64,000 bases of DNA from Macrostomum lignano. Its lineage: Eukaryota. A program made the position numbers and the translations under genes. The stretch is from positions 372,001-436,000 of the forward strand of contig NIVC01000022.1 of NCBI GenBank assembly GCA_002269645.1. Direction: 5' to 3'. The first letter of the stretch is position 1. Every line of letters begins with the position of its first letter. Positions 58,690 to 64,000 of the stretch are shown piece after piece. The notes below the pieces were generated by a model. It ran no database searches and had not been told where the DNA came from. It saw nothing but the letters and a program-made list of their open reading frames with translations.

Positions 58690-59553
58690 CGTCTGTTTTA
58701 GTGTCTGTCTGTCTGTCCGTCTGTTTTAGTGTCTGTCTGTCTGGCTGTCCGTCTGTTTTAGTGTCTGTCTGTCTTAATGTCTTAGTGTTTGTACGTCTGG
58801 CAGTCTGACTATCTCTGTCTGTCCGTCTGTCCCTCTGTCTTAGTGACGTTAGTGTATGTCTTACGAGCGTAGAGCCTGTGCTCCAGGCCTCCATCTCTCA
58901 CCCTGAAAACCTGGCCAAACCGGCCCTGCCCGACCGGGCAATCCACAGTGGTGTCCCTGGCGATGGTCCGCCTAACCAGGTGCGGATTTCCGTAGCCGCT
59001 GCTGGAACAGCCCTGCTGCTGCTGCTGCCGCCAAACCGACGCCAGCTCATGCTGATGAAGCCGACCCTCGGCCCCAGCCTCCTGCTCCTGGTGCAGCCGC
59101 TGCATCAGCACATTTTGATCTCGCACGCTGTCGGCATCGGCGGCGCCACCCCGCCGGCCTCGGAAGAGCCGCATCCGGGCCAGCAGGCGGTTCAGCTTGT
59201 CGCGCCTCGGCAGGCCGCCGCAGCGCTGGCAGGCGAGGACCAGGCCGGCGGCGGCAGTGGCCAGGGCCGCCAGTCCTACGAAGCCGGCGACAGCGCTGGC
59301 GAACGCCGAGGCCGCCGTCCAGCCGCCTGGCTGCCTGGGCGGGCCGAAGCGCAGCTGGCTTAAATTGGAGAGCCGCACCGCCTGCTGCTGAGCATCGATC
59401 AGCGGCATCGCTTCGGCCAGGTTGCAGAGACTGCCGTTTTTGCAACAATTTCTGCCCGGCGACAGGTGGCAAAATGAGCCAGCTAGCAGAGACACCGTGG
59501 CGTCGGACTCGGCAGATGGGGAGTCAGCAATTAACTGGCGGCGAGTCAGGCAC
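54324..59553 (-). CDS. TGFBR1-like: TGF-beta/activin type I receptor serine/threonine kinase, exons 2-5 (ALK4/5/7-like, divergent)
   Basis: Exons 59553-58902 (CLT...[13 protein letters not shown]-like [19 protein letters not shown]), 57638-57423 ([16 protein letters not shown]45 [18 protein letters not shown]), 56842-56604 ([18 protein letters not shown]) and 54720-54324 ([23 protein letters not shown]). Phases 0/0/2 are consistent. The signal peptide must lie on an upstream exon. Confidence 0.92.
54790..56535. repeat. 30-bp (34-bp variant) minisatellite (AATGGGGATTGAAATCCCACAATGTAACTC) filling receptor intron 4
   Basis: Contiguous tandem copies with an internal GGGATT-GA-AATCCC palindrome and no spacers. 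Confidence 0.96.
56880..57345. repeat. 46-bp minisatellite (GATTATCACTGACACAGATAATCTCACACCTGTACCGATAGTCTGG) in receptor intron 3
   Basis: About 10 copies with an internal GAGATTATC...GATAATCTC hairpin. Confidence 0.93.
57682..58790. repeat. (CTGT)n microsatellite interspersed with GTTTTAGT in receptor intron 2
   Basis: Directly visible. Confidence 0.96.
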
Positions 59554-59555
59554 CT

Positions 59556-60400
59556 GGGTGTTTTGGGGAGATTACAGGCATGGGGAGCAGTCTGTCAGCT
59601 GGGTGTCTTGGGGAGATTAGAGACATGGGGAGCAGTAGTGTATTGGGGAGATTAGAGACATGGGGAGCAGTAGTGTATTGGGGAGATAAGAGACATGTGG
59701 AGCAGTCTGTGAGCTAAGTGTATTGGGGAGATTAGAGACATGGGGAGCAGTCTGTCAGCTAAGTGTATTGGGGAGATTACAGGCATGGGGAGCAGTCTGT
59801 CAGCTGGGTGTCTTTGGGAGATTAGAGACATGGGGAGCAGTCTGTCAGCTGGGTGTTTTGGGGAGATTAGAGACATGTGGAGCAGTCTGTCAGCTAAGTG
59901 TATTGGGGAGATTAGAGGCATGGAAAGCAGTCTGTCAGCTAAGTGTATTGGGGAGATTAGAGACATGGGGAGCAGTCTGTCAGCTAAGTGTATTGGGGAG
60001 ATTAGAGGCATGGAAAGCAGTCTGTGAGCTAAGTGTATTGGGGAGATTAGAGGCATGGAAAGCAGTCTGTGAGCTAAGTGTATTGGGGAGATTACAGGCA
60101 TGAAAAGCAGTCTGTGAGCTAAGTGTATTGGGGAGATTACAGGCATGGAAAGCAGTCTGTGAGCTAAGTGTATTGGGGAGATTACAGGCATGAAAAGCAG
60201 TCTGTGAGCTAAGTGTATTGGGGAGATTAGAGGCATGGAAAGCAGTCTGTGAGCTAAGTGTATTGGGGAGATTACAGGCATGGAAAGCAGTCTGTGAGCT
60301 AAGTGTATTGGGGAGATTAGAGACATGGGGAGCAGTCTGTCAGCTAAGTGTATTGGGGAGATTAGAGGCATGAAAAGCAGTCTGTGAGCTGGGTGTTTTC
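59556..60400. repeat. 46-bp minisatellite (GGGAGATTAGAGGCATGGAAAGCAGTCTGTGAGCTAAGTGTATTGG) abutting the exon-2 acceptor
   Basis: About 18 copies. The terminal unit supplies AAAACACCCAG on the minus strand. Confidence 0.94.
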
Positions 60401-60641
60401 TGTTTTTTGTTGTCTGTGAGCGCGGTGCAACACAATATGACATTTGGTGCTGCACTTAGAATCTATGTCAAAACAGTCAAGCGCAGAATGGCCTAAATGT
60501 CATAAGTTAGCAAAGTTATTTGGAATGCTTCACGTAACAGTGCTGCTTATGTGTGCCACCACTGCTAAAGCAATGCAAAGTGCCAAAAAGTAGCTTTATT
60601 GTCACAATGCCTCTTGGGCCCAGGTGTGCACTTGGTCTCTT

Positions 60642-60783
60642 CATTCATACTTTTACATAGATCATTTGTAGACATATAGCATTTTGAATGCTCTAAAGGA
60701 AAATTTATAGTATAGCATAGTGGTTTATTAATAAGGTGAAGAAACTGCTGTTTTACATCTTCAAAACATGACTCATTTCTTTT
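60642..60783 (-). pseudogene. Duplicated 142-bp fragment of the 62936-63522 exon (pseudo-exon)
   Basis: Aligns to 63111-63252 with 6 substitutions (4 non-synonymous, including CC to CY). An in-frame TAG lies just upstream. Confidence 0.8.
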
Positions 60784-60844
60784 CAAGAGTGACCCCTTAG
60801 TACATTTTTGCTAGACCCTTGATGTGCATATATGCATTCTTAGA

Positions 60845-61486
60845 TCCTATTGGAATAAGTTGACAAAACGCAGACGACCATCCATTGCATTTTCAGATTT
60901 TCCTGGTGTCACGTCGCGCGACAGTGGTGTCAAGTAGTGTGTTGCTTTGTGCGACAGTGTGGCAACTTGGCAGCTGGCATTGTCATGTGTTGCATTGCAG
61001 CCTGGATCTGCAGCCAAAACCTTGAAAACTGTGTTTCATTGTAATCTGTTCATGGACTTGTTTCTCAGTATTTAAATGTTTCAAACATGTTTGATAATAA
61101 CTAGTTTTTGAATTGTTTTTTTATTTTGACAATGAAGTAACTAATACTTCAAATATAATTTTTAGAAATGTCACTTGTTAGTTACAACGTGTGCACTGTT
61201 TTTCTAACTGCTGTACCTTTGTTGTTTTACTTCTTATTGTTTTTAAATTTCATTTCTTTTTCTGCGAAATTGAAAAGAATGCTTTTGTCCTTCGCCCCAT
61301 GGTCTTGGTCTTGGCTGCGTGGCTGCTATGGCATCCCCCCAGTCATTTGGTCAACAGACATTGGTGTTGTGTCGCGTGTTGCTGCCCCCTAGTCAACAAA
61401 ATTTGGTGTTGTGTTGCGCTTTTGAGGGCACAATTTTGGCACCCGTGTTGCGCATCTGCGGGTTTTTGAAACTTATTCCAATAGGG
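60845..61486. mobile_element. MITE-like element with imperfect TIRs ((T/C)CCTATTGGAATAAGTT...)
   Basis: The left end at 60845 is the reverse complement of AACTTATTCCAATAGGG ending at 61486. TCTTAGA flanks both sides. No ORF of note. Confidence 0.55.
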
Positions 61487-61569
61487 TCTTAGATTTTATT
61501 TTTAGTATACAGGACTAAAATAAGGGATGAAAGGATTACAGTCATTTCAGTAACAAGATATTTTGGTAA

Positions 61570-62590
61570 TAATTGTTTCGGTGACAAGCAAAAGTCATTT
61601 TGGTGACAAGAAAATACCTTTTGGTGATAGCCATTCTGTTTTTAAACAAAATAAAATAATAATAATAAGCCATTTTAAGGGATATCAAGCCTTAACTTTT
61701 TCATAATTTTCTGGGATGGTTGAACATTGCTTTATTTAATTTTGTTTATTTACAATTTCAGAATTGCAATCTTTTATATTGATATGTTTTCCTATCCAAT
61801 TCCAATTGTGTCTAGTGAATATTAGGAGTCGGATGTGATCACAATCGTGATCACAATTTTGTGAATTCACGACCATTTTTTTCACGATCGTTATTTTCTT
61901 GAAACCCGTTCACGACAGTCGTGAATTTCCACTTTATTATATTTTTATTAGAAGTATAACTTTTCTACTTGGTTTACCAAAATATGTTAACACAAATGTG
62001 TAAAAGAGTAATAAATTTTAAATTTGTTGACTTGAGAGCATTAACGAGTACCTATTATCAATTTATAAATATTTCTTTTCTTGTTTTGTTATTTTCAAAA
62101 CTTGTAACTTACAAGCTCAAAATACATGTATGCAGTTATAAATTCACAATCACGATCACGCCCAACTTTGAAAATTTCACAAAATTTCATGCCCAACCAA
62201 AATTTTCTACTCGTCCGACCTCTAGTGAATATATCTACTTTTCTTATAGTCAGCATTTAATGATCTCTATAGGTTTATGGTTTATGTGTCTGAATATTCT
62301 GAGACAATTCAAAATGATCTGCATAGAAAGAAAACCATATAATTAGTTTAATTTCTTTTCCTACATATACTAATCTATTGATGGAAATTTTCAAATATGA
62401 ACAAAGCATGAATCTTAACAAAATAACTATAAGCTAATATTATTAAGCACCTTCTGCCACTAAAATGACTATAATTATAAATTCTTTAATTTTAAAAGCA
62501 ACTTGTCACCAAAATGACTATTTGTCACCAAAACATCTGTCACCAAAATGACTTGTTACTAAAACAACTAGTACTCGGATAAAATGACTC
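61570..62590. mobile_element. Foldback-like element with reiterated GTCACCAAAATGAC motifs and a possible nested ~400-bp insert
   Basis: AGTCATTTTGGTGACAA copies at ~61570-61630 are mirrored by TTGTCACCAAAATGACT copies at ~62500-62590. A direct repeat TCTAGTGAATAT lies at 61811 and 62221. Confidence 0.45.
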
Positions 62591-62935
62591 ACTACATAAA
62601 CAAAGTCTTCAAGGAAGAAGTAATATTTGTTTTTTACAAGTATATTAGTTTTGCAATAGTTTTTACTATTAAATGAAAAATTAAAATGTTAAAAAAGTTA
62701 TTACTATAAAATTCTTAGAAATTATAATTGTAAACATTTATGATTTAGTATTTGCATATTCACTCAAAATAGACTATATAGTTATAAAAAAAAGAATAAT
62801 AAAATGTGAAGACCTCACTGGCTTATGCCAATATATTTATTGCCAAATTTGGGGTGGGTTCACAGTATTTCATAGTAGGCCTAAAATAAAAAAATAATTA
62901 ATTAAAAGTAGTTAATACAAGTCAAAAGAACTTAC

Positions 62936-63522
62936 CCAAATGATACATAATTTAATGTTAGTATATTTTTGTTCCATACTTTGCAAAAATTTAAAGTTTG
63001 TTTATCATTATGTAAGTTATTACATTCTGTGTATTGATAAAGCTGCTGATTGCAAATTGTATTTATAGCCAAGCTATTGCCATTGGCATTATAATTTAAT
63101 ATCCTTTTAACATTCATACTTTTACATAGATCATTTGTAGACATATAGCATTTTGAATGCTCTAAAGGCAAATTTATAGTACAGCATAGTGGCTTATTAA
63201 TAAGGTGACGAAACTGCTGTTTAACATCTTTAAAACATGACTCATTTCTTTTTATGTAAGATCCATTTTCAACCATTACACAAGAATATAGCTGGTGAAA
63301 CATAATTGAAACATGCACATTACTATTCCATGCTTTGATCATATCGGATGAAATTAGATTTTGTTGACAATATGAATAGTCATTCTTAGGTTCAAAAGAT
63401 TCCATCGAAACCGGAAAATCCATAATATGGGGCGAGTAAACACAAATTGAAGTTCGACACAAACATTCTTCACACACAAAGTACAGAATGCTAATTATGA
63501 GAATAATTTTCGTTGAATACAT
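62936..63522 (-). CDS. Signal-peptide, Cys-rich exon; probable exon 1 of the type I receptor (full model 696 aa)
   Basis: MYSTKIILIISILYFVCEECLC signal, 14 Cys in 196 codons, ends at TTTGG|GTAAGT (phase 2). This matches the phase needed by the exon at 59553, and the join gives C-x16-C (FCKVWNKNILTLNYVSFG|CL). The link is inferred, not proven. Confidence 0.65.
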
Positions 63523-64000
63523 AGGTACTAATTATATAATATTATAAATTAAACACATAAATAATCGTAAATTAGGATATTATAGGATATCGGAATGATG
63601 TAAAAGCCTTACCACTCGCTGCACCTGCCTGTGTTCCCTTTAGAAAGTGTTGTTCTAAGAAACTAAGCAAGTTAAAATAGTAAAAATAAAAACAAAACAA
63701 TTTGATATAAAAAGTTTAGCTGAGATATATATTTATTTAAAAATTATTATTTTTTAAATTGATTTTTAAGTGTCATGAATTTTTTAATTTAACTTCTTAT
63801 GGCAATATTCGCATTTTTAACTCTATAATTTATTAGAAATGAACTAAAAAGCGCTCACTATTGAATTAGAAGCAGCCAATTCAGTGAAAATCACGACATC
63901 GTGCCTTTATAACTTGCTGGTAATGATGCTTACTGATGTTATTGATGCTTGATTATGTATGCTTCTGTTTTTTTTTATTAGAGGCAGGGGGTTGTGTGCA

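Overview
Eukaryotic (invertebrate animal) genomic DNA with GC-rich exons, GT-AG introns mostly filled by intron-specific minisatellites, and AT-rich flanks at both ends. The style resembles flatworm genomes such as Macrostomum, which is an inference only. Six host protein-coding genes can be built by hand: RPL29 (+), two convergent GALNT10-family polypeptide GalNAc-transferases (+ and -), QTRT2 (-), an EGFR with an intronless CDS (-), and a divergent TGF-beta/activin type I receptor (-). The receptor's likely first exon is an AT-rich, Cys-rich ORF that would give it an unusually long, possibly duplicated ectodomain. An apparently intact Chapaev DNA transposon (322-bp TIRs, CAC...GTG ends, 4-bp TSD, RAG1/Transib-like transposase) sits in the second copy of a 1875-bp duplicated minisatellite block, and the first copy preserves the empty site. 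Also present are an internally deleted Tc1/IS630-like element, several MITE-like foldbacks, and about 30 tandem arrays, one of which carries many perfect heat-shock elements.
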